From Pecten maximus (Eukaryota): 64,000 nucleotides of DNA. Under the pieces are notes generated by a model. That model was not told the origin of the DNA and searched no databases. It saw nothing but the letters and a program-made list of their open reading frames with translations. The position numbers and the translations under genes were made by a program. The stretch is from contig NC_047028.1 in NCBI RefSeq assembly GCF_902652985.1, positions 19,344,001-19,408,000 on the forward strand. Direction: 5' to 3'. Shown here piece after piece: positions 14,274 through 26,696 of this stretch (positions within the stretch are counted from its first letter, which is position 1; each line of letters begins with the position of its first letter).

Positions 14274-15182
14274 ATGTTGAATACCAAAGTACCGCATTTT
14301 GCCTTAAAAGAAAAGGCTAAACTTTTTAAACGGTTGATGTTGGCTTTCCTGTTCGTCTACCTCCTGGAAGGTCTGGCGTCTCTGAGCATTGGGATATGGC
14401 TAATTGTGCGACTTCGTGTGGTGATAGACTGTTTCGTTAACTATCAGATCCATGTCGCGAGTGTCTTGGTCCTGGTCTCTGGAGTGCTTAACATTTGTGT
14501 ATGTTCATTAGGGGCGCTGTCCTCCTCCAAAGCGAAGAACACACCTACTCTACGACCATTTGCCATCTTTTTTGTGCTCCTGATAGCACTGGAGTTGTCT
14601 GCCGCCATTGTGTCAACGGTTGATAAACATAAACTCGATGACAAGACTTTCCGTAATAGTATGACTTCGACTCATTGGCTTATCAGCAACGAAAAGGAGG
14701 AAGACGATCAGAAAGAACGACTGGAATGCTGGACAGAAATGCAGAAAGAGTTCAGATGTTGCGGGATAGACGGTTATCGTGATTGGATAAGCGACTCGTC
14801 AGATACATATAATTTCTCAGAAACAATATCAACGACAGCATTAGATAGCTGTAAGTGCGAGTCGGATTGGCGACGTAAGGAACGGAAATGTATCGATGTC
14901 AATGTGACGCTTGCAACTGATGTAAGATCCTACAGTTTGTTTGTGAGTCCGTGCTATGACACTTTGTACAATGCTATCAACACCCACACGACATTGTTGA
15001 AATGGTACTGTCCAATTCTTGCTATCGTTCAAATTGTTTCATTCAGCTTTATTTTCGGGTTAATCTCAAAAATCCAGAAAGCCAATGCTATAGCAATTTA
15101 CGGAGTAGATAACAAGAATAACACAACCGAGTCTGAACCTCCAAACTTCTCTGTCACGGATGATAGACGCAACAGTACCTAA
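14274..15182 (+). CDS. Tetraspanin-family protein (~302 aa), single coding exon
   Basis: Four hydrophobic segments (RLMLAFLFVYLL...; VASVLVLVSGVLNICVCSLGAL; FAIFFVLLIALELSAAIV; ILAIVQIVSFSFIFGLI), large loop with the signature FRCCG..GYRDW, DSCKC and PC; first in-frame ATG at 14274; splice acceptor tctatttgcag ends at 14211. Confidence 0.9.
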   Translation: MLNTKVPHFALKEKAKLFKRLMLAFLFVYLLEGLASLSIGIWLIVRLRVVIDCFVNYQIHVASVLVLVSGVLNICVCSLGALSSSKAKNTPTLRPFAIFFVLLIALELSAAIVSTVDKHKLDDKTFRNSMTSTHWLISNEKEEDDQKERLECWTEMQKEFRCCGIDGYRDWISDSSDTYNFSETISTTALDSCKCESDWRRKERKCIDVNVTLATDVRSYSLFVSPCYDTLYNAINTHTTLLKWYCPILAIVQIVSFSFIFGLISKIQKANAIAIYGVDNKNNTTESEPPNFSVTDDRRNST

Positions 15183-15578
15183 ACACGTGATACTCATGCC
15201 TGTCTGAACCTCCAATCATCTTCTCTGTCACGGATGATAGACGGAACAGTACCTAAACACGTGGTACCAATGCCTCTCTGAACCTCCAATCATCTTCTCT
15301 GTCACGAATGATAGACTGAACAGTACCTAAACACGTGATACCAATGTCTGTCTGAACCTCCAATCATCTTCTCTGTCACGGATGATAGACGGAACAGTAC
15401 CTAAACACGTGATACCAATGCCTGTCTGAACATCCAATCATCTTCTCTGTCACGGATGATAGACGGAACAGTACCTAAACACGTGATACCAATGCCTGTC
15501 TGAACATCCAATCATCTTCTCTGTCACGGATGATAGACGGAACAGTACCTAAACACGTGATACCCATACCTGTCTGAA
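15132..15578 (+). repeat. 74-bp tandem repeat, ~6 copies, spanning the tetraspanin stop codon
   Basis: tctgaac unit starts at 15132, 15203, 15277, 15351, 15425, 15499; the first copy is 71 bp and encodes the C-terminus SEPPNFSVTDDRRNST*. Confidence 0.95.
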
Positions 15579-18333
15579 TTGACTACATTCTCGCTGAATT
15601 CGACGGACGCTGTGTTAAACATAGCGTGACTGCTATTTAAGTGTTTTGTGTGTATATGTAGACATGTTGACGAGGACTTTAGCTCTCGATATGCATGTAC
15701 ATGTATATATAGTGGCATCAACATTCAAACGACCTAACATCAATACTGTAGTAATGTCCAGGTCCTGTTATATTACAAACTCGTTCATCAACGATTTCTT
15801 TGGGTTCATCACAAAAAAAATGTGTATCCAGGGCAATAACAGTTTATGAGAAAGCAGCCGAGACTGAGTCTCGAACAGGTCTGTTTTAATTGGGAACCTG
15901 AAATGCCCAAGGTTATCATATACAGCCTTTATACGTGGGAACTACCAACGATTCGGTGACTAAATTGACCAAATAGAGCACGTTTGGTCAAAATATGGCA
16001 GTTTTTGCATGTTTTAATATTTCTATTAACGGACACAGCCTTATACCAAGGTAGATACGTACATGGTTACCCATTCTATACGTACCGGACTGAGCTACGC
16101 GGTTAGTCCAAGTTGTCGTAAAGCGTTCTTGTGTGTTCTGTATGTTGCGAACATTAACACCCGGTGTAGTACTTAAGACAGATAATCGTAACTCCGTCCA
16201 ATATTTAAAACAATACAAATTGCTGTGGTATAATTTGCAAATATACCATGTTGTAAATCCGTCCGACGTTAAACAAACTGATATACTGTTACGGCCACAG
16301 AGAAAGTGTTGTAACCTAAGTGGAGCCAGCATTACAGTTAAACATCTTTCTTTATTTTACGATATATACTCTAAACCTAGAACACTTGAGAGCATCATTT
16401 TAAAATTCAGTCTTTATTTTTTTGTATCTAAACCAAATCAGTAGTATGGAACACTACGCATAGTCTACACATGTATCCTTATTTCAGGATCAATGAAACT
16501 CCTTCGCTTGAGTATTTTTGTTTTGCTTTGTTTTAACTAACAAAATGAGACGTTCGTATAATGATGTGGTGTAAGAGTCGTACATGATACGATGTTTTGT
16601 GCTATCTAGAAAAAATAGGACCAACCCGCACAATCGAACTCTAGATGTAGCGCTGAAAACTGTTTCACTTGGAGTGTGTTCCGTGTTTAGTGCTTTACCT
16701 GTGTGCATCAACATTAATTTATTTCCGTTGTAGGCTACTGCTGAGAGTAGGAACATGTGAAATGTAAGGGCGGCAAAGGAACCACTGTGCGTACCCCTAA
16801 ACTGTCAGATTAATATTAACACCCCCCCCCCCCCCCCCCAAATGTAGATCTCATCGAGTTATTAGAGACGTAATTGAAAAAGAATAAGAGTGTTTTGTGT
16901 TTTGCTAATGTTTGAGAAATGATAAATACACGTTGTTCCTCTGACCGCCACTGGTGATAATTAAAAATTCTTACATTTTACTTTTGACAATAAGGGGGGG
17001 GGGGGGGTATCAAGACTGCTGTCATAGCAGCCAAATATAGGTACGGTATTGTAAACGTGTCTCCACGCAGGACATATCTTTCTTTAAAATTGTTAATATA
17101 AAAATATCCGACATTATAATATTCATTGTATGTACTAGTGGTCGATATTGTACTGGTCGTGCAGAATAAAGGCCATATATTGCGGCCATATTACAAACTA
17201 TTGATTTTAAAAGTCTAGCCGGAGTCGAGTAAAACCTATGTCAATGTATTTTATTTTACACGAACAAAGAGGTATCGGTACATGTTAAAAGTAAATAACA
17301 ACGAAATCGATAATTCTGTTCCATTAACTGTGCACAACAGACTTGGCACGAACCAGGGTATTATATATACAAAGCGAGGAACACAAAGCCAGGTCCTGAG
17401 CATGTTTGACGCCAATATTTGTGAATTTGATTGTCGGATAATACTCGTTTACTACATTAGTACCGCAAAATATGTAATACATGCCTTCAGAATGAACAAT
17501 GCTCAGCTAGTTATTCCGTATGGACCAATCCTTGATTTGTTGACTCTAAATAAACACTAATGTTAGATTTTATTTATTTTAAGAGCTTATCTTTCAGTAG
17601 CCGTTCAACCCCCGAGCGATGCTCTTTATCGTTAACATTATACCTACGTAGAATGTGAATATATTGAATGGAGTTACTTCCCTTCCTTATGCAGAGATCC
17701 TACCAGGCATCATGTCGTGTCCTTACTACGAACTAGCCGGTTTATAATGAGTCGATTTGTTCACACTTTTCAATCATTAGTTACTTTTGTTTGGGTGTTT
17801 ACTAAAAAATCCGTACTGCATATCATTTCAAAATATTTAGCAATCGAAGGGAAAATGTGTATTCAATTTTAATTTATGCCCCTTTATCTAGAGTCAATGC
17901 TATCTTTTTTAAATTGAAATATGTTAGATAATTTAAACATTGTTTTAATTAAAGTGGTGTTTGTTACTGAATTGATTAAATAAAAATGGATTCCTATGTA
18001 CAAATATGATATTGATTTTTATGATTTATTTTTTTATAAATATGCTGTATTATCTTGACTTTATCCTTGTTTATAATAACACATTCTTTAGATTGTAGTG
18101 AGAATGATGTTTATGTTATCCGCAGAAGATTGTTTGAACTAGTTTGAAAAGTGAAGTAATCTAGGTGCAAAGTTTTTAGGGATCCGATGCTCAATCCGTG
18201 AACTTGGAGTCATTCGGACTTCACAGGAATCCTTGAAGCGTGCCTTTAAAGTCAACATAATCACACACAGGATTAATTATGGATCATTTTGACCTCCAGA
18301 TCCGCAAACATTACGGCAAAGGCATGTCCGAAC

Positions 18334-18424
18334 CACAGGGGCATGTATAGTCTTATAATTAAAAAAAAAAAATAGCTAGAAATACCTATATAACACTAAA
18401 TATAAGACTAGACGTGCCCCTGTA
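18334..18424. mobile_element. MITE with CACAG ends (P- or hAT-like)
   Basis: TIR cacaggggcatgtatagtcttata / tataagactagacgtgcccctgta; flanking near-duplication tccgaac/tccggac. Confidence 0.6.
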
Positions 18425-19149
18425 TCCGGACTGTGAATTTTGCGGTAGTTGTCATAACCGCGCAATGCACCATCGCAACACTGATGTTATTTTCGTCATT
18501 GTTTGTAGCCAGGTGTTTTGAGGCAGGGTCTCCTTGTAATAGTTGGTGACTACCTCAATGAAAACATATGGGAGGTCCATCGCATATCATCCAGAGCATT
18601 TAGAGTAAAGATGGATACAAGTAGCACAGACCAGTCCGTTTCTCAGCTTCTCGAGAAACACAAACCGACACGCGTAGGGAGCAGCCAACCACGCACCCCG
18701 GATCTTGGCTGAAATTTTTAATCAATGAAAAAAAAAAAGAAAAAAAAAGAGGAGAATTGAGGGTTTTTGTCTTAAATTGAGAATTATTGATGACACAAGG
18801 GCCTGGTTGTTGACACCATGGGTATCTGAAGATGGCATTACGTGGAACGTTTTTTTTTTTTGAAACTGCTGTTCTAAACGGAAAGCTTTTATTAAATGGT
18901 TATTTCAACCAAGTTGAAAAGTGAGGTTCGTGGAAAATTGAACCGACTAGAATGAATAAAACATTATATATACTATACTAGCAGAAAAAAGAAACGCAAG
19001 TTCATTTCCGATAGTTATCATTTTACACGATTCTTTGATGATGTGTTCATTCATGGTGTGGGTATCTCGATTATTTCATCATTACTGGATATATTTTGAT
19101 GATATTTGTTGTCCTATTGAATACCGTTCAAACAAAGGTACCCTACGCC

Positions 19150-19697
19150 GAATCATCTTCCCTGAATCTGTCATTTTCCGTTACGCATTCGTCAGAATAT
19201 CGCTCACAAGGACGTCGATAGACACATTGTCGTCCATCTGACCTGTAAAGCGAGACACTCAGCCAACACGCGAAACCGATTTAGTGCATGTGCAAGCAGC
19301 CACTGCCTTCGACGTTGGCGTCGTAACTGCGTAAGTTGCGGACCAACATAGGGACGTCGTGGTCTTAAATGAAAATCCTGCAACCGATCCCTAATCCTCC
19401 TTGGACAGAATGGACGACCTTGAGTGCGGACAACTTGACGTTCCGTCTCCGTCGCTGTCTGAGTTTGGGAATGGAGGTGCGAGTCACGTATGCCTCTATC
19501 TTGGCGTCGCGACGTAATGCACGGACGTCCGCTCCTTTAACGGTTATCAAATCTCCTTATGACTCCGAGACGCACATCTAAACGGGGTTTTGTTGTCACA
19601 TATACACCGTAATGCTGGGCTATATGAAGTTATGAATACCCCTGCATTATCAGAGCAATAAACCTATGCACCCTATCGATTCACCCAATCGCAGCAT
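19150..19697 (-). pseudogene. Decayed Tc1/mariner transposase fragment (N-terminal HTH to start of catalytic domain)
   Basis: Manual minus-strand translation: MLRL...IAQHYGV...; RSGRPCITSRRQDRGIRDSHL...TATET...RIRDRLQDFHLRPRRPYVGPQLTQLRRQRRRQW..AH; DGRQCVYRRPCERYSDECVTENDRF; matches Tc1 motifs (SGRPR, LRARRP, DGR.RVYRR.GERY) with stops and frameshifts. Confidence 0.85.
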
Positions 19698-19777
19698 TCC
19701 GCAGTACAATCGCTTCGAAAAGAAATGGTGTGTAACTTATCTGTACTGTTCAAATGTTCGATTTGTAATGATTTACC

Positions 19778-19968
19778 CACAGGTACTTGTGGACATGATT
19801 ATGATGTTTTGAATTTAAATGTTACTCTATACTAATTAGTATTTATAAGGCCAAGGTACGATGTTTTTTTTTTTTAAATTAAGCATGCGATTGTAATACA
19901 ATAATTTACTTGTCTATAATGTAACATTTAAATTAAAAATATCATAATCATGTCCACAAGTACCTGTG
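19778..19968. mobile_element. 191-bp MITE with 8-bp TSD (P-element or hAT type)
   Basis: TIR cacaggtacttgtggacatgattatgat / atcataatcatgtccacaagtacctgtg; perfect TSD gatttacc at 19770-19777 and 19969-19976. Confidence 0.9.
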
Positions 19969-21705
19969 GATTTACCAACACATATGGTACAAGAGTACCC
20001 TGGATGAACGCTTTCTTAAAAGATCTGATGAAAGCATGCAGCGTCGAGCGGGGTCATGGTCGACGGGATTTCAACCAAACATTTTCATAGTGCTCGGATG
20101 TAGCTCGGTGTGAAATTTATTTTTTTCGCTCAGAGAAAACAATGTGCGAGAAACCTGTTCTTACAAATGCGCCTTTACGATAGTTTGAACAATTTAAAAT
20201 TAGTGGAATTGGTCCTTACATTGACTGGTGTTTTGTATCACAAACCGTAATTTACTGTATTTATGAAAAACAACAACTTTGCAGCTATGGTGTTACCTAA
20301 TCTATTTATACATAATATATACAGCACGCTGATTGCTGTAATATTTAATTGGAGTTGCCTCCCCTCTCCCCTGCAACACACCCTCTTCAATGTGAAGAAG
20401 GGTTTACGAAAAGTAAAAATAAATAAAAAAATAGCCTGAAATCCTACTAAAAAACCTAATTTTAAATCCTAACTACACGGAATTCATTTTAGAAAACACG
20501 AAAGTATAAAATAGAAGTACTATGAAGTGTTAATATAGCTCTTTATCTAAATCGAAAGTAGGAAAGATTCTGAGAATTCGAAGAGCAGTAAGCCTACTGG
20601 GAAATATCCCAGATGACAGGTCTACATGCAGGCAAGACCATCTAATGGTTTATAGATAGTCTAAAGATAGAAGTATGTAGTGTTATTTATAAATGTGTCT
20701 GGCGTACTGAGAACAACAGGATGTTATTCTGACTGGGAAGTCTATACATGTGGGTGAGTATGTAACATCGTCTGCTGTTTAACAATATTGTCAAGTATCG
20801 GACATTGTACCTGGTAGGTGTTTATTACAATATTGATATTGTTACGTGCCCGAACTGCAGACACGTGTGGTACATATTTTTTCCAACATTCACATATTTG
20901 TTCTCTTTTTAGGAGAAATTATCCAAATTTCGACCAGCACCTAATTTCGATCATTTATTTCTTTGCTTGTTTATCCCATGTTTATAATCATTACAAAACT
21001 ATCCGTAGACATCCGGTTTGGTGCATTCGATACAGAAGCTCCGCTTTTTCTATTGTATAGGGAGAGTAGCGGTTATTTATACCTGTCGATTTCATTTGCT
21101 GCTATTAACGACCGCACAAATTATACACTCGACAATGCAAGGAATTGTTTAGTGATGATCAGCCTGTTCGGCAGTTTGTGTATATTGAACGGACTATCGA
21201 AAACATGCCGGAATGTTCGATAGCCTCTGATCTATCTTTGCTTTGCTACTTTTAAAACTTCCTTCCGGGATTTTGTCCGTTACAACAATCAAAAATTACA
21301 CAAACTACCCCAATTTAGTCCAAGTACATCGTCCAGGACGTGAAGTGGCTGGCGATAGGCGCGGTCATTGTGGTTTGGTTTACACTCGGATAGCATCTAT
21401 TCAACTTAAAGTTACAGCCATAAAGTTTTCGAGGGGAAGCAGATTCTGGCAAAATTTTGCCAAATATATTATAACTGGTTGGTTGAAAGTTCAACATGAT
21501 ATAACCCTAGCCGGCGAATTACCCTAGCGCACCCCAAATCTTCACCGGAGGTTACGGAGGCTGACGATATCCAACTTTAATGAGATTCAAATCTGATTTT
21601 GTGGTTGACCAGATTTGGATATATTTTATTCATACGTTTGTTGGAAGATCTTTCACTATTACATAAATATACACAAGCTATATTTATTATTTCAGATTTA
21701 ATGGC

Positions 21706-24150
21706 ATGGAAAACAAATGTGGATATTGCAACAAGAAAACTCTAAGTCTCCGGCGGTGTTCGGCATGTCAGGACGTGTACTACTGCTCCACCGTATGTCA
21801 GCGTGAAGATTGGAGAGGTCAGCACAAGGTCAAGTGTAAAGAGATTCAAAAATGGAATGAAACCGAAAGCGCAAAACAAACTCCTGACGACATCCCATTT
21901 GCTCCAACAAATGAAAATGGAACCGGAACTGTTTTATACCCATCCGAACCAGCACATGGGATTCCGCATGAACAGTTTATGGACTTTATGAGACAGGATA
22001 AAGATACTTTCCATTTTTTGCATGATAGAGTAACCGGCCGTTTTCATACTTTTAAGGCCGATACCAGAGAACACAGAAATGAGGACGACAAAGATGGTAC
22101 TCGATACAAAACATGTTCCGTATGTGGTAAAACGAACGCTTCCGTAAAAACCTGTGGTCGGTGCAAGAAGGTAGATTATTGTTCCAAAGAGTGTCAAAAG
22201 AAAGATAGAAAATCACACAAACTTCAATGTAAAGAAACGAAAGAGGAGGTCTTTGATACTATAACAACAGATGGTTATCGCCGAGAAGCGAACGCATTCG
22301 CATCAGCGAAGTCAACGAGCACACACGATGACGCTTCTCATTTCTTCCATCCTATGCCAGGAGCACCAGACCTATCACGACGGTCCTTCGCTACACCAGG
22401 TGCGCTTCACAAAGCCAAGAGTCTGGCCTGGAAGGCCTTTCCTGGCTGTACTATCTTGGACTTTGTCCGGGAGATCCCACCCGAGCTGTTCGGGATGAGG
22501 CCACGTGGTACCTCCAGAGTTGCTGTTGGGTTTATATCGCGGTTTCATCAATATATGATGCGACACTGCATTTTCCTACAGGTAAGGTTGATGCGATATA
22601 GCTGTCTCGTTACATGAGTTTCTGCCCGCAGAATGCTAAGAAGTCGAAAATTTGCAAAATTGAGATGTTTTATTGACATGGTGAATTCTTTCCCTAAGAA
22701 GGTATTGATTTTGATCAAACTTATTAGGTCACGTGGTTTAACAAATCACCATAGAGACCATGCAAATGTTTTGAGAGGCGTAACGTCCGTCGGGGACAAA
22801 CCATTAAGACATTACATTGAAATGTTTGATATCTCAATATCATACCAATGTACAAATATAGGTCACTAACTGCGAAATGTACATACATGTTTGTCATTTA
22901 ATTAACATATATGATATATGATATAGATAATTACATATTGTTGTTATTATTCATGTTAACTTCGTTCCTGAGGCAGAAGTCGAGATTCTCTTTCAATGAA
23001 TTTGATGGAAATAACAATCTGTAACATCTGATTCACTTTATAATGACGGGTTAAATATATATTAAATGTTAAAATCCAACTGATTAGCATTCATTGTATT
23101 AGTTTAGTGACTCGACGTTTGGTTTGGTTTATTTAGTTTAACGTCCTATTAACAGCTAAGGTCATTTAAGGACGGCCTCCCGTGCGTGCGACATGTATGT
23201 GTGTGGTGAGTGCGTATGTGTGTTTTGGGAGGCTGCGGTATGTTCGTGTTAAAGTCTCCTTGTGATAGGCCGGAACTTTTGCCGATTTAAAGTGCTACCT
23301 CACTGAAGCATACTGTCGAAGACACCCAGCAGCACACCCCACCCGGTCACATTATACTGACAACGGGAAAACCAGTCGTCCCACTCCATATATGCTGAGC
23401 GCTAAGCAGGAGTAGCAACTACCATTTTTAAAGACTCTGGTATGTCTCGGCTAGGGGACAGAACCCAAAGCCTTCCTCACAGGGGCAAACGCTCAACTAA
23501 AGGCCAAAAGTGAGGCAGTGACAAGGGAGACGTTAGGAAGAAGAAAGTTGTTAAGAAAGAAGAGAAAAGATAAGATCCCAAATTTAGTCGCCTCTTACGA
23601 TCATGCAATGGGGGCAGCAGGTACAATTCTTACGCCCTACCTGCAGGGCAGTGACTCGACGTTTTGCCCGGTAATCAACAATATAGCCAAATATAACAAC
23701 CAGTTCAGATAACTGAGGAAAAATAGGAAATAACTTGATTTGTCGAGAATGTAAACATAAATCTAGTATAACATTCTGAGAAAGTGATTCAACACGGATT
23801 TTATCTAGAAACGGAAGACGCTTTCCTCCCGGAACACCCTTATCCTTGTACCTTTCGGAATTCTTAGGTGTTTACATTATCGATAACATTTCTTTTCCTT
23901 TTACCTACCTTTGCATATTGTTCTCATTTAATAAACGCAAAACGTATTTCGTTACAGGACAAAGATGGCGATGAGGTATATGTAGGGTTTTACCTGGAGC
24001 GTGACGATCCTCGACCCTACTTCTGGTGGGAATGACGTAGTTCCGGGAAGATACATATGTATAGAAGATCCTTACATCCACCCGTTCATAGACGGCTCTG
24101 TTGGAATCCGAGTAGACGACCCTGCCGCCGTTCGGGTGTTCTCGGTTTAA
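21706..24150 (+). pseudogene. Double-MYND family copy 1; exons 21706-22581 and 23958-24150; +1 frameshift in exon 2 (pseudogene or base-call error)
   Basis: MYND motifs CGYC..CSAC..YYCSTVCQREDW..HK..C and CSVC..CGRC..YCSKECQ..D...HK..C; donor CAG/GTAAGG at 22581, acceptor gttacag at 23957; TGGGAATGAC versus TGGGATGAC in paralogs gives TGA at 24033-24035; ancestral stop TAA at 24148-24150. Confidence 0.85.
23121..23649 (-). mobile_element. Full-length SINE in the intron of copy 1, degenerate tRNA-like segment plus 5' extension
   Basis: 15-bp TSD agtgactcgacgttt (23106-23120 and 23650-23664); AAACC/AAAT-type tail; degenerate B-box-like GGTTCTGTCCC; diverged related copy at ~41800-42080. Confidence 0.85.
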
Positions 24151-26665
24151 TTATGTTATTTTGAGCTAATCATTGTTGTACGTCTTGTAATACCTATAGG
24201 CATTATTACAGTGATTCTACTACCGTATAACTGTTTAATCAATCTTAAATGTGTATTGTTTATCTCTGTCCCTGGAATTGTTACTTTAGCTTCCATGCTA
24301 AATGAAATAAAGATAAATAATGTTTAATCTTTCTCCGAGTTTACGTATGTCTAAATCACGATACAGACATTATGTTATGGACGGGTATTTAAGATTCTTT
24401 AACTTTTGTTAGGCCATTAAAATGAATTAGAACCTCTCGGATATTTCTATTTACAAAAAAGAATGAATTTGACGTCACGTCATGGCATATAAATTACATT
24501 TTCCAGACGTAATACTGTATATATATATATATATTAATATATTATTAATTAATTGTCAAGTAGTAATAACGACAGTACAGACAAGTAAATTGTCGAATTT
24601 TCGAGGCAATCTGCCCCTTTATCAAGACACAGGTAAATTACATACGATCACATATATACATAGAACATGGAACAGTTACACAAATATGTAGGGTATAAAT
24701 CAACAATAAATAACGTAAAGTTGTAAAAACGACCCCCCTCGGCCGATAATTAATTCGCCGAGGGCCTATTATGATCTATGAATATATTATTATATAAGAT
24801 ATGAATTAGATCAAGACCGCTTTGTTCACATTTTTTGTTTCTTAGATATCAACCAAGTACTTCTGCAGTCACTTTTAATTTTAGTAATAAATAGAAAGTG
24901 TTCGTTATGTAACAAACTGTTGGAAATTATAATGTTTTATATTTTTTTCTCCGCGTGATTTTTTAAAAACATTATAGCCGCTTTAATAGTATTCATATTC
25001 AATTCCTAATTTATATTAACCCCGATATCTATAGCACACACTACGTTTCAACCGCCCATCGCGCGCTCATTCGCCTGCACAATACAATCGTGTATCTTGT
25101 CCTAATATGAAGATTATTAGATTTGTTTTTTATTCAAATCAGGGTAAAAAAAAAGACTTGCATGTAATATCCTAATAGCCTGGTTGCGATGCGGCACTGG
25201 AAATTGTTTTCATTATATTTCGGAATGTATTTCTGCCGACGGTTTGTTTTGGTACCAAACTGAATCTGTGCAATGTACAGCATCAATAATAGATTTTGCG
25301 GAGTGTTGAATTTCTATTAAGAGGTGAACTTGATCAGAAACGAGGTGTGGCTTAGTTAAGTTCAATAGGCAATGACAATGACAATATTTTATTCTCATAA
25401 ACATATAAAGTGTAGAGAATTATAAACATACAAAATTGGTACAGGACATATGATATAATACATGGATACATTTGTTAAGCAAGATATTATCTTAAATATT
25501 GTTGAGTCGTATACTTATTTGTTTAATAAATTTCACAAGTGATTTCAATTCATCGTCTACTACAAAATTAAAAAGGGTATTAAATTTGAATGTACTTGGT
25601 CTTTCATAATAGTATCTAGATATATATGTTTTTCTGTTTAGTGCTATTTGTTGATCGCTAAAGTCTAGTTTCACAATCGTAAATAACCATGGCAATTCAT
25701 GCAGAGTTATTCCCCTTGAAAACTACAATAACGAGGCTCAGGCTACTTCCGGCGGTATCCAAAATAAATAATGGAGCTCGTCTCCTATTTCATTCAGGTT
25801 ACACAGAGTACGGATTCTATTTTCTCTTGGGATGTTATTCCATCTTCCGTATTCAATTAGTAATATAATGTTACAAGTTCGAAATTTACAATAGGAATTA
25901 GCTAGCTTAGGAGGGAGGTCAAGTAGATATTTTTCTGAAATTAAGTCATGTTTATAAATTCTGTAATTGGTCCCTTTCGGATAATTGAAAACATCATTTT
26001 TTTTAATTACAAATGAACATGTTTTTAGGGTATGAAAAACAGTATTTTTTAAGCAACGTATACTAGTAAATTCATGATTTTCAAAAACATCTTATAGATT
26101 ACATTCTTCAAAAATATTTTTGATATTGTTTGACCATTGCGTATTATAATGTCTTAAATATTTGGAAAAGTTTGTTACTCAATTTATTATGCGGCCCATA
26201 ACACAATTGGTCATGGTGCTTTTGCAGAATAGAATATTGTCCATATCCAATCAAGACATTCGTTGGAAACGAATCGTGTTAGAATAGAAAGATAATTACG
26301 TTTCCGGTAAAATTTTGACAAGTATCGTCTTTGATAGCAACGAAAACAATGACCGTTAAAACATAAAAATTTACTATGGTAATAAAGTCATTTCTAGAAC
26401 GACCCGTCTTAGTAATCTGAACCATAATGGTGTAATAATGATTTGTTCTATGAGAGATCAGGAAAGGACAAGACTGAATGACACCCTTTGAAGTTTTGAA
26501 TTCCACCCTTCCCCCTCCCCCTCCTCGTATAGAATACATATTTTACATATTGTAGTTAGAGTTTCCTCCCCTAGGACAAACTTGTTTACGGCAATCAATT
26601 TTGATAACGACAATACAATTATCGAAACTAACTTTGGAAATCGTAGCCACGCAACAATGCATTAA

Positions 26666-26696
<31 letters not shown>

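Noticed and set aside
20963-21527. Weak resemblance to a Crypton tyrosine recombinase fragment (LRFFY...SG..Y..S.AAIN)
   Set aside because: Too degenerate to support without a profile search
22582-22617. ORF-track C-termini such as VRLMRYSCLVT and N-terminal extensions of the MYND ORFs
   Set aside because: Intronic read-through past conserved splice sites
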